DNA from: Paraphysomonas bandaiensis
Lineage: Eukaryota > Protista > Chrysophyceae
Direction of reading: 5' to 3'
Assembly: GCA_965644295.1 (NCBI GenBank)
Contig: CBFFRP010000078.1
Coordinates: forward strand, 1-64,000
Length of the DNA: 64,000 nucleotides
The notes under the pieces are model-generated. The model saw nothing but the letters and a program-made list of their open reading frames with translations, was not told where the DNA came from and did no database searches. A program made the position numbers and the translations under genes. This document shows positions 12,250 to 24,300 of this stretch, one piece after another (position 1 is the first letter of the stretch; the number at the start of each line of letters is the position of its first letter).

Positions 12250-13070
12250 TTCTAATGCGGTCAGTTTCGTTGAAGATGTGATATCGATTCAATTATACTG
12301 CGTTTTTGCAAATTGTTGAACGTACATGCTTACTTTGTTGCTATCTTTTGATGTATTAATAAATTTTGGGATCTATTATTGGGCTTAGTCAATTTCGTGC
12401 AAGACTCATTCTAGCCCGTTCCATTATATAGCACTGTTACTGACAGGGCTGTGTATCAATTATTGAAATTGCAATAATTGAAATTGGGACAGCAAACTAT
12501 AAGATACCGTCAATTAGACATGTAAGTTAGTATACAAATTGACAGTAAGCTTCACCTCACTCTCAGAGGATATATATTACCCAGATACAGGGCTGCGCAA
12601 CAATTAGTTGAATTGCATAAAATATACGTAATAATTGCACTTAATTGCTCGCAGGAAGGTTGCAATTTATTGGCAATTACGTACTACTTTGTATAAGTAC
12701 ATATTAAGATTTTTGCAGGGCCAGTCAAAAATATATTGGATTGAAATATAGTGCTATTCTTGCTTGCTACAATATATTGATTATTATTTAAGCAAAAATT
12801 GGCCTCGCAATATACTATTGCAATATATTGATATATATATTGCGCATGCTAGTGTGTTATTTAGAAAATATACCAGATTTATCAATAACTACTATTCATA
12901 ATCACAGACTCATCTATTGTTAGCTATTACCACTATTCATGTTCAATATTAGAATTGTATTGTCTATGTCAAGCAGGCTTAGGAAACAATATATTGAATT
13001 GCAATACATTGTAAAATATATTGATTGGTCGACCGGCCAAAAATCCCATCAATATTGTTTCTGTTAAAGT

Positions 13071-13268
13071 GGGTGACTACCTAAATTGCACAAACACATA
13101 AATGCATAAAAAAAGGCTGCATAAACTCATGAATTAATGCAGATTTATGTTTTTTTAGGAGACCCCTCCGGACCCTTCGTACAAACTATCCTATATGCAT
13201 AAACTGTGTCTGAATAGATTTTTATAATCCCAGATTTTTTATGCATTGTGCAATTTACGTAGCCACCC
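13071..13268. mobile_element. GGG-ended MITE (PIF/Harbinger-like)
   Basis: TIRs gggtgactacctaaattgcaca / tgtgcaatttacgtagccaccc. A second copy starts at ~35476. TSD not cleanly resolved. Confidence 0.75.
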
Positions 13269-13295
13269 AGAGTAACTCACAATATATTGCAATAT

Positions 13296-14503
13296 TGTAG
13301 GACTATCCACCTATATACAGAGTATATATATGTATATGTCCTGTATTATATTATATTAAGTGTAGTACAGTATATACTTGTAGTAAGGAATACAATGTAG
13401 GGAAATGTGATCGTTGGGTTTAAGTTTAGCCGTTGATATTGTATAGATGTGTATTATTCATAATTCAGTTTGATATAATAATCACTTCTTTATTCTCTTA
13501 TATGAGTGTGGTGCTTTATACATACATATGGACACTCACAGTAATATTACTCTCTAACACTCGTCCAGCGCCATAATATAAAGCTATTATGGAGGCAAAT
13601 AAGAGAGGAAAGAAAGCCCCTCGTATTGAGAAATTGCTAGCTTCTGAATCAACGAGCAAGAGATGACTCAGTAACATCTGCATCATCAAAAAAACCATCA
13701 TCTGAGGAAAATGAAGTCTCCACTTCCAAGAATAGGAAAGAGATTGAGGAGAATGTTTCCTCAAGAATCTGATTCCGAGAGGGAAGATCAGGGTGATTTC
13801 AGGAATACCTGCGTAGACTTAAAACAAGTCATCGCAACGGAATCCATTCCGCACCTTAAAACGGTGGAGAGAGAGGATGTGTTGGAATTCTGTGAAGACC
13901 TATCAAAAATGGACTTCAATGGTACCAGATTCCAGCGTTCTTATCTTTTATAGCACCAGAGGTGAAATTGATTCTCAATATTAAGCGTAAGCACGATTTT
14001 GAGAAGCCCGAAGATGCATGGTTGGATGCAACTGTTGTATCAACGGAAGATTTCATTGAATGGCTTAAACAAGCTTTTGGTGAAGATGAGGAGCAATATG
14101 CCGATACGTCGGATCCACTTCGAAGGTTTACAGAGATAATATTCTGGGACCTAAGGTAAAGGTGGAGTTAGGTTCTTCTAAGACTTTCTTAAAGGAATAT
14201 AGCCGATTGGAACAACTGTATAAGTTGATTCCAGAAGATTGTCTTACAGAGGAAGCAAATAAAGATGTAATTACTAACCTCCGAAAGATCGTAGACAGTG
14301 GGCTGAGGAAGGATGCAAGGGATAAGTTCGTTGCAGATGTGAATCAAGTTTCACTCAATTCCTCAGATCCTTATGAATTTGGTTCATTCTGCGAAAAAGT
14401 GCTGGAGGTGAATGAGGCCTACAGCAAAGCCATTAAGAAGGTAAAAAGGATGTTTAACAAATTGGACTGTAATGGGGAATATTCACTAATATCTAAAAGA
14501 TAA
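13296..14503 (+). pseudogene. Possible decayed LTR (13296-13559, TG...CA) followed by a stop-interrupted gag-like ORF
   Basis: Three collinear acidic/helical ORF pieces (13711-14503) broken by stops. No diagnostic motif recognised. Confidence 0.35.
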
Positions 14504-14859
14504 AAATTCTTGCGTTGCTACCTAAATTTTTGAATCCTCCTTCCCTTATTTTTTCGCCGACTACTCGCGGTTTCAAATTGTTTATCCACCTCTGCTAACG
14601 AAATTGAATCCTTTGTGTGTACTGTCATGTTATTTCTAACTTTTAGTAGGTTTTCATCCGAGAGCGGAGAAGAGTGCAAGTGGATGCATTAGCTACTAGC
14701 TACAAGCTAAATCTCTCTATGGAGACCGTGGTTGTGTCACATCAGTGGGTCAGGGCTCAGATTGTCCACCTCTCTCCAAGCATGTCAGCGCTGACAGCTC
14801 CTATCGGACATCTCCCTTTGTAGACGTGCGGGTAGGCACTCAAAAAAGGTGCACTTGTT

Positions 14860-16710
14860 CATTCCCTAACACCTTCTTTGTACTCCATCGACCCCTTTGT
14901 TTGTAAGACGGACCATTTCTTGGCAACCGCACAACCCAACTCCACATGGCCTATACATGGTGCACTCCCCCCGGCTTACCTGTCATCCCTACAGGCTACA
15001 CATCTCAGTGGTATACGCGAATACAGTCACTCTACACAATATATACAGCGTAACACGCTGTACTCTTCCAGTCAATCTCGTCGACTCCACATAACACTAT
15101 CATCACAGCCTTAGCTTATACTTATATGTGCACCTCCTACAACAACCACCTGATACAATGCAACATGGAGCCATTTTCTCTAACAAAAGAACCTACACCT
15201 TGAAGTTTGTTCTCCCTCCTTCCCATCAAAAGTGCCATGTCAAGAGTGCCACATCGGATTTCAAAGCCGACGTGCCCAGACTCCAGCTTCCATCCACTCG
15301 CATGTTCTTGGAATGGAGCAGCTTTGCACCAGCTATAGAATACAGAACCCTAGATGTCAGTAACCTAAAATACAAGATGATACGGCGTTCTTTGGAATTA
15401 TACATTACCTAATCCATGAATTGGGGCTTCCAATTCTACTCCCTACCCCGCAAGACCTAGCTACTTTCAGGGCAGCCGCGAACTTGCTCAGATTTACCTG
15501 CTCCTACGGCGAGCAGAGTAATCCGAGCGCTCGACCTTGGCAGACCTGGGTTCGAAGTCAGGCAGGGTATGGGTCAGAATGTCGCCGCTGATTCATGCAT
15601 GCTCTCAGCGCCTCTTCTACAGATTGAAACTGGCACCTCAGTTGACGACAAAGGGCGTCAACGAACAGAAAGTCGACACATTCAGCTGTCGCTATTCCAA
15701 ACTCCAAGAGATCAATTCGTCGATCGCTCCACGGAGGAACCAACACTGGCATCCGTTGCTGCGATATATGGTTAGTCTGCTGACTCGGTCAGCACTAGGC
15801 CTGCACACGCCTACAGATTGCGGAATATACTGGACATGTTACTTCGGGCAGGAGGTTTTGCCACACTTCCCCCGTACGAAGTATTTTGGACGTTAACTCA
15901 TTTCAAAGGCAAAACGATTCTGCTACAGACAAAACCTATCGTTACTACCACATTCTGCTACTTCACAACCCTTCCCGAGACCAAAACTTAAGAACGCAAT
16001 TCTTCAAAGCGCTATTCAACAACGAAGTTGGTGGACATGTTGAAATCAACCTAGGCTCACCACTGTGTTGACGAATGATAAGCAGTGAAACACCCTCGCT
16101 AAAGCAATCCAACTGGACTCCGACCCTTTCACTATTTCACATCGCCCTTAAGTCGGAAACACTCCTGCCTCCCGTGCAAGTATGGAAAGCATGTGAGGCA
16201 ATAGGGATCCCTACTGCGGATATACAAGACATCATAGGGATAGGACCATAGCACCGGGCCGTATGAAACCATCAGGCCCTAGACAGCGGCGACGCCGTCT
16301 CTGGCAACTCCACCTATACCTGACGCCCAGACGGTGCACGGCGACACCGCCACACCATCAACCTCTCAGCACACACATCTAGTGCTCAGGACCTTAATAC
16401 AGAACCCTGTACCTCAGAGCCTGGCGGAACCTTATCCTAAGGGGAGACCCCCGGACAACTCGCGCCAGTGAGTCCTAAGACACACAAGCAGGGCGAAACT
16501 CACAAACAACATTAAGAACGGAAGTGGTTGCACCTTTGTGCTTGCGGCGACGCACAAGCAGCTTCTGTAGTGCTAAATAGTAGGATAATAGAATTTGTGC
16601 TGATTAGTTATGGGTAGAGGTCTAACTAGTAGATCTAGCATACCACTAGCCACTAGATCGGAACGAGTTTTTAACGCCTATTGCTAAATAAAAAGACTTT
16701 CAATATATAC
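14860..16710 (+). mobile_element. Internally deleted non-LTR retroelement copy
   Basis: 16245-16710 is closely similar to 63510-63990 (PYPKGRPPDN, 3' RNA motif). The 5' boundary is approximate. Confidence 0.65.
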
Positions 16711-17137
16711 AAATATACAGTGTAATTACGTAACGATATTATGCTATAAGATAGATTACGTGTCTACCTAAGATATATTAAAGTATTGGTTGGAAGCTGT
16801 GACAATATTGCGAACGACAATGAACGCTGACGAATGGTTATCGCAATTTTAATGAGTTCAACGTTCAGTCAATTACTTTAAGCTATCCTCACGTCTATTT
16901 CTGATGGATATATTTATAGCACCATTTAGCCGAGTAGCTATTACAGTGTAATGTATTGATTCCGTAACCACTTTTACAATGATATGTGTGAATAATAGTC
17001 ACAAGCACACACAGCAGAATATGAATAGAGTATAACAAACATATCACCTCTATTTACTAGAACCTACATTGTTACATATCTACATCAGTACCATAAACAC
17101 ATTTAATACACACTTTACCTACGTTACGTGCATCATC

Positions 17138-19324
17138 CTATTTCAGTGACAGCAAGGATGCTGCCAAGGTAGCACTAGAGAATTCCATAGAATACGAAGC
17201 CACTGTTCGTAGTCCTTCAGCAATGTAACCTAGCCTCCTATCGTGCTGACTCATTAACTCTACCACACCAGCCACGTAGAGTATAGCATCGTTCGTCTCC
17301 AGTACCGCACATGGCCCTCCCATACCATCACCACATAAGGACGCTGATACCCCTTCAGTTGGTAATACGGGAACACATCCACATGCCATCGCTTCTACAG
17401 CCAACTGACTAGAGGTTTGTACCACTGATAGATCCAGGAAAAAATCACATTTTCGGAGAATATCAGTGGTCTTGAGCTCATTCCCCAAGAAACCAACATT
17501 ATTTCCACCAAGTAGAGACATGTTTACAGACATTCCACCAGACTTAATAGAATTCACCTTGTCCACTAGAAATTGCTTTGATCCAATTATACTTATGTGA
17601 ATCCTCTTCTCGCAGCACTCGAGTAAGCCGAATATCACTTTGACAGCCTCGTCAAAATTCACGCGCACTCCTCGTGAATTTAGATTCACCATGAGGTGGA
17701 ATACTTTTTCCGGGTCAGTGCGGCGCTTCATCATCATTGTGGATTGGTCGACAAAATAAATCTTTCTGTCTAGCGGATGGGAAATGAGGAGAGTGCTGGC
17801 GTTGTATCTGCTCCGGAACTGCTCCCCTACCCATGAGTTCGGTACTATAACCCTCACAGGTTCATCGGATTCTTGCAACAGAGAAGAAAGACAAGAATGC
17901 AGCCTGTCATATGGTGCTCTTAGCTGTTCAGAGAGCGGCAGACTGGTGAAAAGAGGGGGAAGGTGGTCAGATGCGTATAAAACCAGAGGTCGTGACGCTT
18001 TCAGGGATCTATGGGCCAACAATGATTCACATGATTCAGAGACAATCACATCATATGAATCAATCGCAATGGAAGTGTTGCGTAAAAGCAGGCTGTTTAG
18101 TACGTTGGGCTTGATAGACGTCTGATGGACTTTAGGGATTGAATGCAATCGAGGTGATTGCATACTTGCAGTCGACACAAGTGGTGAGCTCTGTATGACA
18201 CTTACCCTTGCACCTCCTTCTGCCATTAATACCATACTATGCAGGCCAGCAGAGCCCCATCCTCTGCTAGTTTCTAGGCCATTCTCACTGTGCCCCACTA
18301 TATACAGCACAGATATATTAAAAGATCCTACAAACCTAGTAGCGTACTCTTTGTAAAGCTGGGCAACGCCTTCAGTTACTGCCCTCATTTTGCCTCTTGC
18401 AGATATGGCAGACGACGAAAATAGCTTGAGATCATCGGCATAGCGGTTCTTTAAAATTTTGTTAGCACGTTGTTTCAACCTATCTCTTGTCGACGTTAAG
18501 AACGAAGCCGTCTTGGTATGGTACAGGTAAACGCTAGGAACCATATAGGCCTTAAAACCTGCCCGCATAACCCTAAGAGAATAATCCACCTCTTCTCCAT
18601 AGCCCGTAGGAAACGACTTTGTATCGAAGCGTCCAACCTTATTGAACACTTCAGCCTTCAGCATCAAGCAAAATCCATTCAGCACAGACAGTCGAATTGG
18701 CTTTAGAGATGCTCCTTTATGGGCTACGTAAGAAGCGAGAGAGTCAACGCTCAGACCTGGAGGAAGAGGGTTAGTGGCCCACTTGCCACTGCTCTTCAGA
18801 TCAGGAATAGATTGATATGTTGCAGCATTGGAGATGGGACCCACCATCATTATTCGGTTTTGTGACATTAGAACAGAGAACAGGCTCTCTAGCCAACCAT
18901 TAGTAACCACAATATCAGAATTGAGAAGCACAACAGCAGACGGATTTTTACCAGTGTAGGATAGAGCAAAGTCGATTCCTTTCTGCACAGCATGTGTGTA
19001 GCCACGCCTGAATTCCGTTGTCTGCAAACATTGGAAGTCCTTTTGAAACTTCATACATAGCTCACGTTGATATGAAATCGTTTCCTTTTTACTTCCGTCA
19101 TCAACAAAAATAACTTTCTGACAGAGAACATTTCTGGGGGGGCGATGACGAATAAGAGACTCGACGCAGGACTGTATCACTTCTTTCGGGGTCTTCACAG
19201 ATATAACAATGAACACTGTACCAAGAAACCGCTGTGGCTGGACGGAAACTGCGGTAGAAAGACAACACGGGTGGGAGAGAAGAGTACTCAGAAGCAGTAC
19301 TAAAGCGGGGATCCAACTAACCAT
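17138..19324 (-). CDS. Intronless signal-peptide-bearing glycosyltransferase with GT2 (GT-A) and GT4-like (GT-B) domains
   Basis: GT2 motifs FVDDGS, LLNSDIVV, VGPISN, NGFCL and GYGEEVDY. GT4-like motif VEAMACGCVPV. Hydrophobic N-terminus. Confidence 0.85.
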   Translation of the reverse strand: MVSWIPALVLLLSTLLSHPCCLSTAVSVQPQRFLGTVFIVISVKTPKEVIQSCVESLIRHRPPRNVLCQKVIFVDDGSKKETISYQRELCMKFQKDFQCLQTTEFRRGYTHAVQKGIDFALSYTGKNPSAVVLLNSDIVVTNGWLESLFSVLMSQNRIMMVGPISNAATYQSIPDLKSSGKWATNPLPPGLSVDSLASYVAHKGASLKPIRLSVLNGFCLMLKAEVFNKVGRFDTKSFPTGYGEEVDYSLRVMRAGFKAYMVPSVYLYHTKTASFLTSTRDRLKQRANKILKNRYADDLKLFSSSAISARGKMRAVTEGVAQLYKEYATRFVGSFNISVLYIVGHSENGLETSRGWGSAGLHSMVLMAEGGARVSVIQSSPLVSTASMQSPRLHSIPKVHQTSIKPNVLNSLLLRNTSIAIDSYDVIVSESCESLLAHRSLKASRPLVLYASDHLPPLFTSLPLSEQLRAPYDRLHSCLSSLLQESDEPVRVIVPNSWVGEQFRSRYNASTLLISHPLDRKIYFVDQSTMMMKRRTDPEKVFHLMVNLNSRGVRVNFDEAVKVIFGLLECCEKRIHISIIGSKQFLVDKVNSIKSGGMSVNMSLLGGNNVGFLGNELKTTDILRKCDFFLDLSVVQTSSQLAVEAMACGCVPVLPTEGVSASLCGDGMGGPCAVLETNDAILYVAGVVELMSQHDRRLGYIAEGLRTVASYSMEFSSATLAASLLSLK

Positions 19325-19451
19325 ATTGATAGGAAAGTGCTATATAGGCAATTGCTGGGTCTACAACCATTTACGTTCGGCTGACATGGTGGTTAGATGA
19401 AATAAGGCAACACACTGAATTCTATGTTGTTGTTATTATGTTGTTATGTTA

Positions 19452-21008
19452 GTATGTATGTATGAATGTATGTATGTATGTATGTATGTATGTATGTATG
19501 TATGTATGTATGTATGTATGTATGTATGTATGTATGTATGTATGTATGTATGTATGTATGTATGTATGTATGTATGTATGTATGTATGTATGTATGTATG
19601 TATGTATGTATGTATGTATGTATGTATGTATGTATGTATGTATGTATGTATGTATGTATGTATGTATGTATGTATGTATGTATGTATGTATGTATGTATG
19701 TATGTATGTATGTATGTATGTATGTATGTATGTATGTATGTATGTATGTATGTATGAATGTATGTATGTATGTATGTATGTATGTATGTATGTATGTATG
19801 TATGTATGTATGTATGTATGTATGTATGTATGTATGTATGTATGTATGTATGTATGTATGTATGTAGGTAGGTAGGTAGGTAGGTAGGTAGGTATGTATG
19901 TATGTATGTATGTATGTATGTATGTATGTATGTATGTATGTATGTATGTATGTATGTATGTATGTATGTATGTATGTATGTATGTATGTATGTATGTATG
20001 TATGTATGTAGGTAGGTAGGTAGGTAGGTAGGTAGGTATGTATGTATGTATGTATGTATGTATGTATGTATGTATGTATGTATGTATGTATGTATGTATG
20101 TATGTATGTATGTATGTATGTATGTATGTATGTATGTATGTATGTATGTATGTATGTATGTATGTATGTATGTATGTATGTATGTATGTATGTATGTATG
20201 TATGTATGTATGTATGTATGTATGTATGTATGTATGTATGTATGTATGTATGTATGTATGTATGTATGAATGTATGTATGTATGTATGTATGTATGAATG
20301 TATGTATGTATGTATGTATGTATGTATGTATGTATGTATGTATGTATGTATGTATGTATGTATGTATGTATGTATGTATGTATGTATGTATGTATGTATG
20401 TATGTATGTAGGTAGGTAGGTAGGTAGGTAGGTAGGTAGGTAGGTAGGTAGGTAGGTAGGTAGGTAGGTATGTATGTATGTATGTATGTATGTATGTATG
20501 TATGTATGTATGTATGTATGTATGTATGTATGTATGTATGTATGTATGTATGTATGTATGTATGTATGTATGTATGTATGTATGTATGTATGTATGTATG
20601 TATGTATGTATGTATGTATGTATGTATGTATGTATGTATGAATGTATGTATGTATGTATGTATGTATGTATGTATGTATGTATGTATGTATGTATGTATG
20701 TATGTATGTATGTATGTATGTATGTATGTATGTATGTATGTATGTATGTATGTATGTATGTATGTATGTATGTATGTATGTATGTATGTATGTATGTATG
20801 TATGTATGTATGTATGTATGTATGTATGTATGTATGTATGTATGTATGTATGTATGTATGTATGTATGTATGTATGTATGTATGTATGTATGTATGTATG
20901 TATGTATGTATGTATGTATGTATGTATGTATGTATGTATGTATGTATGTATGTATGTATGTATGTATGTATGTATGTATGTATGTATGTATGTATGTATG
21001 TATGTATG
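19452..21008. repeat. (TATG)n microsatellite with (TAGG)7, (TAGG)7 and (TAGG)15 blocks
   Basis: Directly visible. TAGG blocks at 19865-19892, 20009-20036 and 20409-20468. Confidence 0.99.
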
Positions 21009-21295
21009 CGCAGAGAAAAATACGGTACTCGGTCGAATGTTACGGATGTTACAAATCAATAAACGGACGGAATACCCCCGTTGCTTTCACACAGTCTACA
21101 CTACAGGTAGTCAAAGCAAGGTTCTCTTTATAGTTACTACAGAACTTCTCAGTAAGAGGAAATTATGCCTCTATTCTACAGCCGTACACTACACACTGCA
21201 TAATATAACACCATACACCTCTATGTGCCCTATGCATATCTTATACAGTCACTTCAAGTACTAAACTGAAAAGAACATCCTCTCATTCCTCTACG
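21009..21295 (-). repeat. 3' LTR
   Basis: Direct repeat of 25710-25996, preceded on the - strand by a short purine tract AGGGG. Confidence 0.95.
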
Positions 21296-21311
21296 CACCC
21301 CTGTGATGTGT

Positions 21312-24300
21312 CTACTCGTTCCCAACGATCAGACATATCAAATGACGAAACAATTTTCCTTGTAGGGGTTTAGTCAGCACATCAGCCAACATCTCTCCTG
21401 TAGGTAAGTACTGAAGCTTCACGTCTCCCCTATCATGGTGTTCTTCGACTAAAGCCTGCCTTACTCGTAGATATTTCGATCGGTATTTGCCTCCTCCTTT
21501 CGTTACGAGACTGAGATTCGACAAGTTGTCCTGATAAATAACAGGTGGGTCAAGCGCATAGCCCTGCCCACACACAAACTCATGTAATCTCATTGCATTA
21601 GACATCATATCAGATAGGCCGACCAGCTCGGATTCGGTCGAGTCTTTCGTCACGATTCGTTGCTTAGTTGATCGGCATAGTACTGTGGCCCCTCCAAGCT
21701 GTACAACTACGCCTGTATGCCCTTTTCCGTCTTCGTGGGTGGCGAACGAAGCGTCGATGAAGCTTCTTACCCGCAGCTGCTCTCCAATCTTCAGCTGCAG
21801 ATCTTGATCCCTTGTGTGCGCAAGGTATTTCAGCACTCGATTCAACTTCTGCTGATCTCCGATTGTCGGACCCTTCACTCTTGTTGTGAGGTACGCTATA
21901 CTGAGCAGGATGTCTGGTCTAACTCTTATTGACAGATATAGCAATTTGGCCACCACTGAATGGAAATTGGCAGCCTCCTTCCTCCCCAATTTCTGTCCTG
22001 CGCCCTCTGCGAACAGTGATGATGTCGCTGGAGATGCTGCTCTGCCAGTGACCGCTGCCTCCTCCAGCACTCCGTCTAGGTAAGCCCTCATTGACACCAC
22101 TGCCCTGTCATCTATCATGCTCACATGCATACCTAAATACGACATGTCTTTGTCATCACAGTATTTTACCTCACCATATTGTTTCTTTAGTTGTTCCACC
22201 AACCACTCGGTGTCACGCTTGTCTTGTGATAGCACTAGCAGATCGTCCACGTGTAGTGTTATAGTGCACTGCTTGCCGTTGACAGTCCTATTGAGAACAC
22301 ACTGATCCACCGGGTTAGCCACGAAACCAATGCTCTCCAGGTAAGCTCTTATCGTGTTGTACCAGAGCTTGGCGCTCTGCACGCATCCATATAACGCTTT
22401 GTCTAGGCGCACCAATATTTTGCCTCTTTCATCAACATACGGCTGGATTGTGGGGTCTAGTTTTCTGAGTATTGTGGCCAACATCGGCTCCAATTCCATT
22501 ATTACCTCTTCGCCTGACATCTCCGCATTGAGGTATGCACCACCTATATCAATTGTCGATACATGTCTCCCCTCTCTCGCTGCTATTGCTAGGCATGCAA
22601 ATACTGACTGTATGTCCACAGTGGGTGACGACGTGTCTGGGTACAGTTTCCGGTCCTGCTGTGCCCCGTTCGCAACCAGCCTCGCCTTGATTTTCTCGAA
22701 CCTTCCGAGTCCGTCGTATTTCGTCTTCAAAAACATCAGCGATCGAATTGTTCGTTTGAGTTGAGTCTTTGATAGGTCACTCCGGTGTACTGGAACTATC
22801 GCCTTTTTTTCATGCAGCAGCTGCTTCAGCTCCCGTACTATCGCCAGGTAGGCTTCTTTGCCGTGTTCCTTTAAACCTTTGGTTACGCTTGTGTGATAGG
22901 CTCGATACATTACGGGCTTTCTTCTTGTGCCTGCCGCTATCCTTGCTCCGGCTGATGATGATGATGATAGTACTTCGCTTGTATTGTGTGTCATCCCTGC
23001 AGTTTCCACCCCTGTAATTTCCGGATCGTCGATGTCGTTGGGTGTTGCAGCGCCCGGTTCCTGTTCGCTCGGCCCATCAGCCCTGTCGCCATCATCGTCG
23101 ACTAGTTCCGTGATTTTTGTTCTCTCTCTCTCTTCTGTGTGGCCGTGCCCTTCGTCTGTGTCAACTGCTGTCATCTGCCCCTCCTCGTGAGGCTCCTTCG
23201 GCTTATCGATCTCGTCATTCTCAGCTGGTGGCGTGGTATCCTCGATCTCTCGACTCTCATTCTCGCTGGTCGTGACAGGTGAGTGTGACTTGTTGTGCAA
23301 TGACGATATTCTATTCACGGCGTCTATTACTATTTGCGTGGTCACCATCTTCACCCAGTTGGTCCTACTCACATATTTATTTGTTTTAAGGTTTAAAAAT
23401 ATCCAACTCCCGTTTGCGTTGCCGGATGGGTACAGCGCGATACATGGTTCTGTTCTGGCCTGCTCCGCGTTATTGCTCTTGACCTTCGGGTCATAACATT
23501 CTACGTAGTCCCCGAAAGCCAGTGACAGTTCCTTTTTATAATTGGGTTTCCGACCAGTCAATGCCACTCGCGGTGCTACAGTTGTGCCATTGGTGGATGG
23601 CCTCCTCAAGTTCATGCGGCTGTTGGCGTATCTCACCAGGTCTCTGACGTTGGCATCTGGTAGGTTCCATGGTAGCCCTGAATGTACACTGCGTATTGTC
23701 TCTTTGAGTCGCCTAATCTTCGCGTCGATCTTGTCCAGGTGATCTCCAGCCCCTGCCACGTCAATCTCCATCCCTGTGATTTTGCCTCTCAGGGCCTTGA
23801 ATCCCGGCTGAGGGTCCAGGTAGGTAACTGTCGGTATGTACCCGTAGCTTCTTAACAGGTTTACTTGTTCCTGTAGGGCCAATCCCAACTGATCCGTTGT
23901 TTCGTTTTCGAGTGAAGTAACGATGGTTAGTCCCAATGGTTCCGCTAGTGTGAGCATGAACGATTGCTGTCTCACACTGAAGATGTCTGTGTACAGCCTT
24001 TGCTCCTTCTGCTGTTCTGCCTTCAGTTCCGGATCCGCGTATTGCCGGCTGACTTTCTTATTCGTCTGCTTGCCTCTCACCGCTTCGAACGGTCTCCCAT
24101 ATATGTCAAAAGCTCTTCTGATATCACTCGGGGTAAGTCGCACCCCTGTAACGTTTCCGTCGCTCACTAGCTGCACAGCATCTCTCTCCGAGTCGAAGCC
24201 CGAGTTTCGGATCAGGTCTCGTGCTTCTCGCGCTCTCGCGACTTCTACTTTCGAATATTGGGCTTCGCGCTCCGCTACAGTCGTTACGTTGACTTTGGCC

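Noticed and set aside
8870-12500. CAGGGCTG ends at ~8926 and ~12444 as one element capturing MFSD5
   Set aside because: The ends face outward, so they belong to separate MITE remnants.
13560-13573. TGGCGC PBS-like sequence on the - strand
   Set aside because: Wrong orientation relative to the putative LTR and ORF.
19865-20468. (TAGG)n as a telomere or CRISPR-like array
   Set aside because: Internal 4-mer variants of TATG with no TTAGGG-type unit, no unique spacers and no cas genes.
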